DNA of 64,000 nt, taken from assembly GCF_018350175.1 (NCBI RefSeq), contig NC_058368.1, forward strand, positions 224,070,001 through 224,134,000, read 5' to 3'. Of this stretch, positions 24,980-37,494 are shown piece after piece; position 1 is the first letter of the stretch, and each line of letters starts with the position of its first letter. Both the position numbers and the translations under genes were made by a program. The stretch comes from Felis catus. Taxonomy: Eukaryota. The notes beneath the pieces are model-generated. The model ran no database searches. It was not told the DNA's origin and worked only from the letters and a program-made list of their open reading frames with translations.

Positions 24980-27099
24980 CTATGACATCATAACACATTC
25001 TTGGCTCAATGTAAACATGACACACATAGTCATAAGTTAAACATTGGCTACTGATTTAACCCAAAAGTTGTGACATGACTTGAAACGAAGGGGAGAGACA
25101 AGGGGGGAGAGAGGGCACTAAAATGTCAGGCGTGAAGACAGCCATGGTGCCTTGGGTGCTGAGCTCCATGATGAACATCCAGTGACGAAATAGATTCCAG
25201 TGAAGGAACAAACAATGAAGGGGTGACTATTAAACAGTTAATAGAACTTGTCCTTAGAACTTGTTCTTAAAAGTAGTGCATAAAAGTCACCTAAAAAGGG
25301 GGTCAGTTCTGTTTCTGTGTGCAAATCAGATGCAAATGTCATTTCTCTTATAACGAGCCAGAAAATCTACAAAATTGCAGCTTGTATTGAACCCGCCAGA
25401 AAGCTGAGTTGTAAAGCAACTGCATTCTGAAGAGTGACGAGCCCCTCTGAGGGCAGAGGGGACACGGGAACTGTGTGGATGCCCTTGTAGGCCAAATGGG
25501 CTGGCATCTAGGTTGAGAATAACGGGGGAGGGGGGCTGACACAAGGAGAGTTTGCACTCATCCAGAAGCTGTTATCCACAGAGGCTGGGAACTCTCCCCA
25601 GCTCTGGTTTTGATACTGAAATGTTCTCTTTAAAAACCAAAACAAAGGAAAGTGTAAAGATGGGAATCATCAGTGGTGCATTGAGATTTGGGTTATAATG
25701 TTTACAAACACAGGGTTGGGAGAGGTTGATGGTTGTTTTAATGATGGAGCTAAGAACAAACACTGATGTTCTGTCATCTTTTACACAATCTATCAATTCA
25801 CAGTAACTAAGAACTAGTCAGTGGTGGGAAGGAGGAAGAAGGCCCTCATCTTGTAAACAATAAAGATGCTTATAATCACACCACACTCATCCCTAACTGA
25901 AACTAAACTATTCCAAATTTAGAAATGCGTGCCTTCTCCCAGCCAGGACCAATGTCAGTTCATTTAATATAAGTGCTGAGTCAGAAATTCCAGGACTCCA
26001 AGAGACCTTTAAGAACATTTAGTGTTCTACTCAGTATTCTTACGTACAATTCCCTGTCATCATATGAGGGTACTGCCTCTGTGGCTTAAGGCCTTTGCCT
26101 ATGACATTCCATCCTCTTTTTGAGATTGAGTTATTTTTCTGTCAAATCAGAAGTGAACCTCCTTCCGTGACACAAAGGGGTAGATACCAAGCGTTTGCTG
26201 GTAACTGCTCACCAGCGACCACATTTGTATGTGTTCCCACTTTCTTCCAACCTCTCCAAAGGAAAAGTGATTGGCAGTGATCAGAATCCATCATAACCCC
26301 ATTACCCATTTGCCGAAGATTAAGTAAGCAGCGTCTTCTGTGTTATTTAGAATCAGCGTTGGACAGCACGCTAGCATAATTTGCAGAACAATAAAAGCAT
26401 TTCACGTTCGATTTATTACAGTAAGTTGAGATTCACATATTGAAGAAAGCTACGTGTGGATCTTTCTAGGACTTACCTGAAAACAGTAATGAGAAGTGGT
26501 TGTGATTTTTTTAGTCCCAGCATTTTCAGAGGCTGGGGAAAAGCCATTAACTGTGTTCTGAATGGCAAGATTTCTAGCCTATGATAAAGGACTTAAAAAA
26601 GGCTTTCTGAAATAAATTTCACCATTGTTTTCTTCACACATATGTCCGCATTCATTAATATTTTAAGCAGGTTTAATGCAAAATATAACTTTAGATTGTT
26701 TTATAATTTAAAATTAACATTACAATATTGATATTGTCTGTTATTAAATGACACTAAACACATAATTTCTATGTTTCAGCGGGCATTTCATTTTGTGACT
26801 ACATGACAATCAGTTTACCTCATTTCCTATTGTTGAAAATACGTTTTATTTTTATAATTAATGTTGTGAATATTTTTAGAAGACCTATGTCCTTAACATG
26901 GGTAAAAAAAGAAATTGTTGAGACAAGAGTGTCCTAGAATTTTACACATGTTGGCGTATTTCTCAAATGGAAAGTAAGCAAATAGGAGAGTTTCTGCTTC
27001 ACCTCATTTGTCTGTGTTAAGACCATTTTGTGTCTCACCTCCCCTGGTCTATCATTTCTTTCCTTCCTCAACCTCAACTCTCAGTGGATTGGCTCAACA

Positions 27100-27290
27100 A
27101 GTGAGATGATAATCACAGCGAATGCTTACAGTGCCAGGAGTTGTCAGAGGCTGTGTTGAGTGGTTTTCATGTTTTAAACCATTTAAATCCCATTTTAAAG
27201 GTGAGGGAACTGAGACACAAAGATATGTAGTGAGCTTCCCAAGGTCCCCTAAACAAGACACAGCTAAATGTGGAGGCAAAAGAAAAGCAT
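27100..27290. mobile_element. MIR
   Basis: Core 'cccattttaaaggtgagggaactgagacaca...cttcccaaggtc'. Confidence 0.8.
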
Positions 27291-28084
27291 CTGTAGACAC
27301 TATATTCGATGACAACATTCAGGGTCTCTAGTTACAACGCCAACACACGCGCAGGTTTATACCTTGTGTGAAACCAAGATCACTGCTGGCATCTGGAGGG
27401 GATTCACATACACACAAGATTCATGGTTCTGAAAAGTGCTCGTTGGTTGGAGGTCTTGCAGGTTTGTAGGGAGCACTGTTTATAGCAAGCAGGGCTGCAG
27501 AACCCCGGAAGAAGCCATTTACCCAGAGGAGGTGCAGCTACATCTGGGCACATTCGACCTCACCTGCTGACCTTGCTGATATCTCTTCTACCTGTGAACT
27601 GGACAGTAAGCTAATTTCTGATATGAGCTGCATAGTAATCTACATATGTCTGGGATTCCAGATAGACAATGCAGGTATATAAAACACAAAACAACTGCAG
27701 AAAATCTCTAAAAGACTCAGGACATGGAATGTTTATTATATATTTTTAAGTATTTTAAGAAATGTCCCTGTATTATATACAGTGTTTAAGAATGCAGAAA
27801 ATGCTAGAGAATGGATAAAGTACTTGTCAATTCCTAAAATAATGTCTCAGTTAGTTAGAAAAGTAACATGAATTTAATAGACGGTATGGGAATAAAATGT
27901 CGATTTTATTTTAAACGCGAAGGAGTGTTTGGATAAATTAAGAGGCAGCCAAGGTTTTGAATAGTTAGACAAACTGAAAAGAAGTATATCCTTCTCAAAA
28001 TACCATATAGGGGTGTATGGTTACATTTTAACTTCTAATTGGAGGCAGGGAGAGTTAAAATAATTCCAAATTTCACCAGAACAA

Positions 28085-28476
28085 ATTTAATTTGTCAAGA
28101 TGTCAGCTCTTCCCAATTTGATCTATAGGTCCAATGACATTCCAGTCAAAATCCCAGCAAGTTATTTTGTACGTATTGATAAAATGATTATAAAGCTGAT
28201 ACAGAGAGGCAGATCCAGAATAGCCAACACAATATTGAAGGAGGAAAACAAAGTCAGAGAACTGACACTACCCAAATTCAAGAACTACAAAGCTACACTA
28301 ATCATGACAGTGTGGTATTTGTGAACGACTACACAGCTCAATGCAACAGGACAAGAGAGCCCAGTCATAGACTTTTGATAATGGAGCAAAGTCAGTACGG
28401 TGGGAAAATTAATCTTTTCACCACATGGTACTGAAACAACTGAACATCCCCGTGCAAATAAAAATGAATCCAACCA
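28085..28476 (+). mobile_element. L1 ORF2 C-terminal fragment (L1MB/MC-like)
   Basis: ORF 28100-28324 'LPNLIYRSNDIPVKIP...RIANTILKEENKVRELTLPKFK..YKAT...TVWY' is L1 ORF2-like. Confidence 0.9.
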
Positions 28477-28675
28477 GGGGCACCTGAGTGGCTCTCTCGG
28501 TTAAGCATCCGACTCTTGGGTTAGGCTCAGGTCATGATCTCATGGTTTCGTGAGTTCGAGCCCCATGTTGGGTTTTGAGTTGACAGTGTGGAGCCTGCTT
28601 GAGATGCTCTTCCTCTCCCTCTGACCCTCCTCTGCTCTCTCTCTGTCTCTCTCTCAAAGTAACTTAAAAAAAAGG
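28477..28675 (+). mobile_element. CAN-SINE
   Basis: Head 'ggggcacctgagtggctc'. Confidence 0.93.
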
Positions 28676-28877
28676 AAACAAATAACTAAAAATTTTGTTT
28701 GTAAATGGATGTACCAGTCTAAACCCTTAATATCTATGAAATCTTTTATTAACAATGATTATGAGATGAATGGTACGTTCCTGTACATTCACATATGTGA
28801 AGATATATAGTTATATTATTATTTTGAAAAGAAAGGCAACAAAAACTTGGCCTTTATTATTCTACCTTTGCTTACCA

Positions 28878-29445
28878 CTATCAACAATAGCCAAATTATG
28901 GAAAGAGCCCAAATGTCCATTGACCGATGAATGGATAAAGATGTGGTATGTATATATATACATATATATACATATATATATACATATATATATGTATATA
29001 TATACACACACACATATATATTTCATATTTCATACACACACACATATATATATGAAATGAAATATTACTCAGCCATCAAAAAAGAATGAAAACATGCCAT
29101 TTGCAATCATGTGGAACTAGAGGGTATTATGCTAAGCGAAATAAGTCAGAAAACGACAAATACCATATGATTTCACTCATATGTAGAATTTTAGAAACAA
29201 AACTCATGAACATAGGTGAAGGGGAAAAATAAAATAAGATGAAAACAGCAATGAAGGCAAACTATAAGAAACTCTAAGGGTTGCTGGAGGGGAAGTCAGC
29301 GAGGGGGATGAGATACATGGGTGATGGGCATTAAGGAGGGCACTTGTGATGAGCACTGGGTGGTATATGTAAGTGATGAATCACTAAATTCCACTCCTGA
29401 AACCAAAATTACACTATATGTTAACTAACTTAAATTTAAATAAAC
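28878..29445 (+). mobile_element. Carnivore L1 ORF2 end and 3' UTR with internal (TA)n
   Basis: 'TIAKLWKEPKCP..DEWIK' motif; 3' UTR 'gagcactgggtggtatatgtaagtgatgaatcactaaatt'. Confidence 0.92.
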
Positions 29446-30199
29446 TCTTGGAAGAAAAATATGGTATGGCCTTCCATTGTTCTTCAGGGGATGATCCTTT
29501 TCTCTGAATTCTCAGAAAATAAGTGAATTCCAAACACAGTGGTGAACAAGGTTAATCTCATTCTCTTTCTATTTATTCTCCTTTCTTTTTTTGTGTGTGT
29601 ACCATTGCAATTTCCCAATTAATAGGAGCGTGGCAGTTATAAAACTGCAAAGAACACATATTTTGAAAGCTTCCATTGTTGTCGCCTTAACCTTTAATTT
29701 CCAGCTTCCAACTTTTTTAAAGCCATAAATGAATAAATGATCTATGATATTTTTGAATCTACAATTAGAAGAGAGAAATAGTTTAGTGTCATAATTTGGT
29801 AGAAAACAAAATTTCCGTTCAAAAATACTTAAAGGAGAGTATCACTGTTTCTCCTATTTTTGAACACTTATCAAATTGAAAAAAGAAAGCAAAACTGAAA
29901 GGAAAAATTTCTTTACTTCAAGGACATGTCCAATATTTTGATACGTGTATCGAGTATGTCATCCTCCAAATATGATCTACAGCTCTGGCATCCTTCTAAA
30001 TCCCTAGCCATTCATTTTTTACTTTAAGCTTAAGCTCAGGAAGTCTGAAAAGGAACACAGTTCTTGCATTTTTAATTTTATTTCTCTTCTACATCTCCTA
30101 TGTCAGTGGTCTTCAAGTCTCACAGACATTGACCAGTAGGCACTCTGCATAAATATTTTCACAGTGAGACTCAGAAAACTGCATTTAACAGACAGTTTA

Positions 30200-30560
30200 A
30201 GGGAGTGTTAATCTGATGACTCTTGTTCTTCATTTCAGAAACAGTTCTCTTATTTATATTATACTCCTTGACACTGATGATAGAAGCCAATCTCAAATTC
30301 CAGTCTTTCCCCCACCCCCAAACAAATTGGCCCCTTGACTTCACACCTTCATTATCCATTTCTGGTTCAGATTGAAGGGTTTTGCCATCCTTATCATTTG
30401 TGGTGTCATTTTCCATAAGTAGTTTTTTTTATGCCATTCTCCTACTAAAAATCTTCCATTTTATTTCAGGAGATATAATAAGTAAATAATTATCAGCAGA
30501 GTTATTAGACCTTCTATAGTTTGGCTGTATCCTTTTTTGAAAACTTGACTTCATGCATAT
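30200..30560. mobile_element. L2 relic
   Basis: Weak L2-like motifs ('ccaatctcaaattccagtctttcccc', 'ctactaaaaatcttccatt'). Confidence 0.45.
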
Positions 30561-31034
30561 ATAGCTCTAGCACTGAAATTTATTTTGGGACTCAATTATG
30601 CTGGAAAATCCAAAATGGCTCATTGCGCTGGCTGGCAGTTGAAGTTAGATGATGCTGGAGAGCCATAAAGGGACTCACTGTCGAACTGACTGTCTACGTT
30701 GGGTCTCTCTGTATGGCTTGGGCTTCTCACAGTATGGCTGCTCTATTCAACAGAGAAGGGAATAGAAGCTGCCATTAAAGATTATGTGCAGGACTGGCAA
30801 AGAACTTGTTGGCAAAACATTTACAGGAATCAGATTCAATGGGCTAAGAACAGAGTGCCCATCTCTTGACAAGAAAGGCGGTCATGTCACATTAAAGAAG
30901 AGCATGTGATATGGATGTCTTTAGAAAATATAATCTTCCACAGCCTAACTTCCAGCTTCAGCAATTCTTTTCACCCTCACATACAATGTATTCTCACCCC
31001 ATCTCCCAAGAGCCCTAAACTCTCATCCTATTTT

Positions 31035-31394
31035 CCATGGTTTGAAAGTATCCCTCCACCTCCCCCTGACCCCCAAATTCATGTATTGAAACCTAATGCC
31101 CAATCTAATTGCTTTAGGTGTGAGAACTTTGGAGGATAAAGCCCTCATAAATGGGATTCGTGTTCTTATAAAAGAGACCCTACAGAGCTCTCTAGTCCCT
31201 TCTGCCATGTGACAACACAACAAAAAGATGATAATCTATGAACCAGAAAGTGGGTCCTTACCAGACACCAAATTTACCGTTGCCTTGACCTTGGACTTCC
31301 TAGTTTCCAGGACTATGAGGAATAAATGTTTGCTGTTTAAAAACTATTCAGTCTATGATTGTGGTTATAGTAGTCCAACCAATTGGATTAAGGC
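31035..31394 (+). mobile_element. MLT1A-like solo LTR nested in MaLR internal region
   Basis: 'gccctcataaatgggatt...cccttctgccatgtga...gccttgaccttggacttcc...aataaatgtttgctgtttaa'. Confidence 0.9.
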
Positions 31395-32195
31395 TCTATT
31401 ATAGCATCAACTCAAAGTCCAGAAGTTTGAGATCTAAATCAGACACTGTTGTGGGTAAAGCTTCACTCAAATATGAATCCTCTCAGTCTGGAGTTTTCTG
31501 AATGAAAGGGGCAGGTAATAAAGCTGGCTCCCCTCCAACATTCATGGTAGTACAGGGAAAGAATAACTTTGATGAAAAGTTTTTGATTAGGGCCTAGTCT
31601 TGCTTTGTGGGAGTTTTCTTCATGGCTCTAAATTTTTTTCTTTGAGCTTTTATCTTAACAAACTCACTCTTCCTTTCAGCAAGAAGTGGCCTATATTTAT
31701 AGCTGGGTAGTTCTCTCAGCCTTCTTTCTTTCAGAAGGTTCTCAGTCCCAAACTTGCTTTTGATTTTGACCACCTGTTGCAACTTCTGACCCAAGACTAT
31801 GGTGCTCCTGTTTCAAAATTTCTCTTTGAAACTGGGTTTCCTATGGATCTTTTGGTAGTAGTCTCTTTTAAACAAAAAGTCAAGCCCTGATAAAGATTTA
31901 AGGGTTGTAAATCTTTATAAATGGATTCCTCTCTACATTGGTCTGCGAACCCTGGTGTTGAGGGCAACCTCTTTAAGATTCTTGGGAACCATTTTGGAGA
32001 GAATGTTAGGCACATCCTTAAGAGTCTTCAGAAAACACTACCTATAAGAGAACCTAGGAAGCATGCATGCCCTTACTACTCTTAAAGGAAAATTTGTGTA
32101 GTAAAGAAAGTTTACAAGCAACCACCTTATATCCTTTTGAGATCTTAGCCAAGTGTCTCACAGCTACCAACTTGATTTTAAAATTATTCTAAGGT

Positions 32196-32425
32196 GGGGG
32201 CACCTGGGTGGCTCAGTTGGTTAAGCTTCTGACTTCGGCTCAGGTCTTGATCTCCCAGCACGTGGGGTTAAGCCCCACGTTGGTCTCTGTGCTGACAGCT
32301 TAGAGCCTGGAGCCTGCTGCTTCAGCTCCTGTGGCTCCCTCTCTCTCTGCCCCTCCCCTTCTTCTACTCTCTCTGTCTCTCAAAAACAAATAAAAATTAA
32401 GAAAATTTTAGAAAATAAAAATAAA
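32196..32425 (+). mobile_element. CAN-SINE
   Basis: Full body with A-rich tail. Confidence 0.95.
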
Positions 32426-33210
32426 ATCACCCTGAGGTCATGTTTTACACATCAACCCTGGCGTTGAGCTTTCCCCTAAGATCATTTTTACATTAGAAAC
32501 ATTTAATTGGGTAGAAGGACTCTCCTAGTCCCTCAATTTGTCCTCTAAATTTTGCTAAAATATTTAAAGTATTCCTCTTCCCTTTATCTCAATAAACTAT
32601 CTTGTCAGACACAGCTAACCGGTTGGCCCGAACAATCTGTTTATACCAATTCATAGACTCATAAAGTTAAATGTTTATTTTTCACATTGATGCAGGCAAT
32701 AGTTTTGCTAAATATTCTGGCATCACAGACATATGATCATAGGAACCTATGAGAACATATGAGCCTCCTATCTCCATATCCTTTTAGTTTCTCACGGTCT
32801 TCTTGGGGTCATTCTTGCTTCTGCTAGTTGCCTAGACCCTAGATTAATTTTATGGCACCATCACAGCAACTTTCTATGGTGGATCATTTACACGGCTGGT
32901 TCTCAGTTGCTAGTTCCTTAGATGCTGTTACAGAGAATCCACATATAACCTTTTAAGCGATATGGTTTTCTCCGTATGGCTCCCAAGTTTTAAAAGGTAG
33001 GATGCAGAAACGCTAGGGTATTTGAGGGCTGTGCCTGTACCTGACCCTTTCACTGGATTATATTGGTCAAAGCCCTCTCAGAGCCTGCACAGATTCAAGC
33101 GTGGAAAGATTGTTTCTAACACTTAGTGAAGAAATTGTAAGATCACAATGCCAAAGAGCAGGAAGGATGAGACTTGGAAGAACACACTTGTACTTAGAAA
33201 ACACTGTCTT

Positions 33211-33368
33211 GGGGCGCCTGGGTGGCTCAGTCGGTTAAGCGTCCGACTTTGGCTCAGGTCATGATCTCGCGGTCCGTGGGTTCGAGCCCCGCGTCCGGCT
33301 CTGTGCTGACAGCTCAGAGCCTGGAGCCTGTTTCAGATTCTGTGTCTCTCTCTCTCTCTGCCCCTCCC

Positions 33369-33397
<29 letters not shown>
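33211..33397 (+). mobile_element. Young SINEC_Fc lacking the 3' CT/AATAAA segment
   Basis: Perfect TSD aaaacactgtctt; uninterrupted A run 33372-33401. Confidence 0.97.
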
Positions 33398-33402
<5 letters not shown>

Positions 33403-33599
33403 ACTGTCTTTCATACATCCTGCTTAAAATGATCCTCCTACTTGGACTGTAGGCCCATGCTCAAACTCCACTGCAAACATTAAGTATTTTGACTAAATAT
33501 TTACTAATGGCATATATTGTTTCAGAAACTGTGCATCATCGTGAATATAGTGGTCAAACGATCAAAAAGTTGCCAACATGAAATAACTAATGATGTAAT

Positions 33600-34250
33600 G
33601 GCACCAACACTTACTCAGTTGTGATGTTTATTATGAAACCTAAGACCTTCTAATTCTCCTTCCTTTCAGGGTATCCTTTCCTTTGCTTGCGTGCTTTTGC
33701 TGTGGCTTACTAAAGGTTTCTAGAGTCTATTATTTATCCTTATCATTACGGAATTTTCACAATGGTTTTGGGGAAGGGTCTTTATAACTTGCTGTGCTAG
33801 GCAAAAGCTGGTCCCTTGCTAGCTGAAGACTTTCTATTTCAGAAAATATCATTGAATTTCAGTGATGGGTTTCCTCGCTTCAACTTTTGTGTTTTTCTCT
33901 TGTTATAATACATGTAATGCAGTTGTAGAAATGTCAGCATTGATTGATTACCTATAGCTCTTATCTTTTCTAACACTTTTAATCTTTGTCATTTGATTTT
34001 GTCTTGGAAAGTTCACTCACTATAGCTGCAAAAATTCTACTTTTTTTTTATATTGTTCTTCTCTACCTTTTATATTTTTAATCTGAGTTTTTTTATGCCT
34101 CTAATTCTATTACTTCCATTTTCACTGCATGAATTTCTAGCTTTATTACTTCATTTCTCCTTCTTCTTTTTTTTAACATAGTATTCTTCTTTTATGTTTT
34201 AGGGTTTATTTTTTTCAGTTATCTGTTAACATTTGCTGTTAATTGTTAAG
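33600..34250 (-). mobile_element. Decayed L1M fragment
   Basis: T-rich antisense L1-like composition. Confidence 0.4.
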
Positions 34251-34412
34251 TCTGTTAATTGTTAAGATTGAGAAAATCTTGATGCCACCATAAGTCCATG
34301 GTCAGAAACTTTTAGGTCAGTCTCTGGACAAAGACAGAATTTCCCTGAATCACTCAGGGAATATAAGGGTTTTAAAGAGAACAGATAAAATGTCTCTATG
34401 ACTATAAATTTT

Positions 34413-34606
34413 CTTTTCTTTTCTTTTCTTTTCTTTTCTTTTCTTTTCTTTTCTTTTCTTTCCTTTTCTTTTCTTTTCTTTATATTAAATATAATTTATT
34501 GTCAAATTGGTTTCCATACAACACCCAGTGCTCATTCCAACAGATGCCCATCACCCACTTTCCCCTCTCCCCCATCCCCCATCAACCCTCAGGTGTTCTC
34601 AGTATT
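34413..34606 (-). mobile_element. Severely 5'-truncated felid L1 3' end with (TTTTC)n tail
   Basis: 'ttattgtcaaattggtttccatacaacacccagtgctcat'; TSD tataaatttt at 34403 and 34607. Confidence 0.9.
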
Positions 34607-34619
34607 TATAAATTTTAAA

Positions 34620-34996
34620 ATGCTTTGTGCAAAAATGAAGTGAGAGCATGTCAATTCTGAGTTTAGGTCTTCTCAAAAGGCCTACACAGGTTTCGTTGTC
34701 TGTCTTGTAGCCCTGTCCAACTACAATGAGAACACGCTCGGGCCTAACTCCTAGTGAATGAGAGATCATATGGACAGTGTTGAGCCCTGCTAAACCACCC
34801 TGTATGGCGAGCCATCTGCCAAGCCCTGGAAAATATCCACAGACAAATGAATTCGAGTGGCTAAAACCGAAAGAACCACCTAACTGGGTCCACCCCAAAT
34901 TGCCAAACCATAGAACTTTGAGCTATATAAATGACTATTGGTTTAAGACACAAAGTCTTGGAGAGATTTATTTTGAAACAAGATTTAATTGACACA
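34620..34996 (+). mobile_element. MaLR LTR (MLT1F/G-like)
   Basis: 'ccaaattgccaaaccatagaac...aaatgactattggtttaagacac...aattgacaca'. Confidence 0.75.
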
Positions 34997-35576
34997 GTCC
35001 TCTCTACACCATCCACACCTTTGTGAATAAGCTCTGTAATTAAATCTTCATCGGATGGTGTTTTCATGTCAGATCAATTCCTTCCTGCTCCCTGATTGAT
35101 ATAATTATGATCGATAAAATGCTTAGGATATATCACACAGAATGTAAAGGGACCACTGTATCTCTCAACACAGTGCATTTCCCTGTACCTATGTCAATTG
35201 CTTCCTTTTCTGGATGGCACATAGGAATATTTTGACTTATTTCAGGTTTATTGATATTCTCATTTTGCACATACAAAGACTTTGACTTAATTCTCGGACT
35301 GATCAAATTTGGGTATATTGAGAACATTGAACATTCTAAATATGGCTTAAGATTTAGTACCATGCAGGATATTGGAAATGACTTCCATTATCCTCATTAG
35401 AACACACCCTGTCTCATTTTTCTATATTTGCAATGGAACATAGAGAATCCTAGCACAAATTTCATGCACATCATAAGTCAATAGTATTCTATGTTATCTT
35501 TTAAAAAGCAAGAGGCACATAATTCAATATACTACTGCTCATTCAACATAGATACCAAGAGCAATTACTTGTTGGA

Positions 35577-35725
35577 ATAGATATTCCAACATTAAAAGGT
35601 TCTCTTTGTGATTAACATTCCACATACATTACTGTTATTCTAAAGCCAAAACATGATCTGAAGCAGGAAAAAAAGAGAGGAGAGAGAGACAAGTTTGGAA
35701 GTTCTCAGAGGTTTTCACTTCTCAA
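35577..35725 (+). repeat. 149-bp dispersed direct repeat, copy 1
   Basis: Aligns without gaps to 37346-37494; 8 mismatches counted by eye. Confidence 0.97.
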
Positions 35726-36299
35726 CTTTATACACGTAAGATGTTTAAAATGCAAATATGGGTAGTAACAGAATGTACATATGACATATTCTTAACTAAG
35801 TTCACTCCTATTATTTATAAGCTAATAATTGAAGAAAAATCATTTTGAGAGGACATTATCTTTCGTTTAATTTCAAGGGTTCTACTCAATGGAAAACTCC
35901 CGTCTTCCAAAGTCAGTTGAAACCCTTCATAAAACACCATTTCACTATTCAATAGTAGGAATCGCATTGAAAGAAATTGCAAGATAGTTGCTCAAGACTT
36001 GACTCATCAGAATTTATATATGCAAAGATTTTATTGACCTCAGAGTCAATGGAACTTCAGGCAGAAATTTTGCTTGAGCAAACACAGCTGAATCAGGCCT
36101 CAAATGAATTAATTTAGTGCCTATCTGCAATATAGATTGGCGATCTTCCAGAATGAATATGTAAGTTGAAAGGAGTCTGGCTTCTAAGTGTAAGCCTGCA
36201 CTGCTTGTTATTTCTCCTTAGCAATATCAAGAGAAGTATAAATCTATTGTTAAGGGAGGCAGAAATTCTCTGACATAAAATACCTTCATCCAATGATTA

Positions 36300-36620
36300 A
36301 ACTAAACTCAATGCTTAGATTTTAGCTGAAGGTTTTGGTGTGGTGATGTTATTAAAGAATTTGGCTGGTTTCAAAACGATATGAATTTAGAGATAGACCC
36401 GTGGTTCCCAGAAGAAACGGGGAAGTGGAGACTAAAGCAGGGACATATTGTAAGAGTAGCCAAAATATAAAGGTGAGATCAAGTGAAAAATGGATAGGAT
36501 ACAAGAAATCGATGCAAGGTAGTCTAGGTCACTGGGGTACAGCCACTAATGAGAGCTACCATTTATTGAGAAGTAGCTCTTTTTCTACTGGCAGAGTCTA
36601 GAGAAGATGCACAGAAATGG
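36300..36620. mobile_element. L2 relic
   Basis: 'gtggagactaaagcagggac...aggtgagatc' L2-like. Confidence 0.45.
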
Positions 36621-36689
36621 CATCTCACAAAGGGAAGGAAAAGAAGGAAGAAAAGGTCATCTGTGTTGGAAGTTAAAATAAGTCATACA

Positions 36690-36900
36690 TTTTCTAAGGA
36701 CTTTATTTGTTTTGACTTATTGAATACTCACATTGATCTTATGAATTCGGTGGCATTAATATCTCCAAATGACAAATGAGGGAAATAAAGTAAAAGAAAT
36801 TAAGTAATTGTCCAAACTTGTGTAAGCGGTCAGTGTCAAAGTCAGGATCCAAACCCAGAGCATATGATGAAAGTGCTCATGTCTTAAGGAGTATATGATA
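36690..36900. mobile_element. MIR
   Basis: 'acaaatgagggaaataaag...ttaagtaattgtccaaa...caggatccaaacccag'. Confidence 0.75.
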
Positions 36901-37345
36901 CTTTCCTTCTCAAGCATATGTCTACATTTGGCAAATGATGAATGAGAGTCAGACCAAGAACTGGACTAACTTTATATTAATGCTCTGAATATTTAACATC
37001 ATTTTCCAAATCTCATTACTCCAAGAAGAAAATGGTCTATAGGTAGTAAAGTATTAAATGTCAGTTCTGAAGCTATACCTTCTCTGCTAGCAAAGCCAGG
37101 AGGAAAAAATAACCTAGAAGAGAAATTCAGGTATATATTCTAGTGATTTGAACCAGATCTGCTAGTAAACATTTTAATGATATTAAGAGCAGAAAGAAAA
37201 GTCTCTAAGCTATAAAGTTGCTTTATCAGGATATAGCTCATATTTCCATATTGTAAACAAACATAGAATTTATAGATTTATGGGCTATAACTGGACAGGG
37301 AACGAGGGGTAGTCAGATAACCTGGATGTTTAAGGAGTATAAAAC

Positions 37346-37494
37346 ATAGATATTCCAACATTAAAAGGTCCCCTTTGTGATTAACGTTCCACATGCATTA
37401 CTGTTATTCTAAAGCCAAAACGTGATCTGAAGCAGGAAAAAAAGAGAAGAGAGAGAGACAAGTTTGGAAGTTATCAGAGGTTTTCACTTTTCAA
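37346..37494 (+). repeat. 149-bp dispersed direct repeat, copy 2
   Basis: See copy 1. Confidence 0.97.

Larger units (their letters stand above)
30570..33417 (-). mobile_element. Old MaLR provirus (MLT1F/G/H-like LTR, internal region, LTR)
   Basis: Two related antisense LTRs ending 'agaaaatataatcttccaca' (30941) and 'agaaaacactgtctt[SINE]tcataca' (33417) flank MLT-int-like sequence. Confidence 0.65.
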
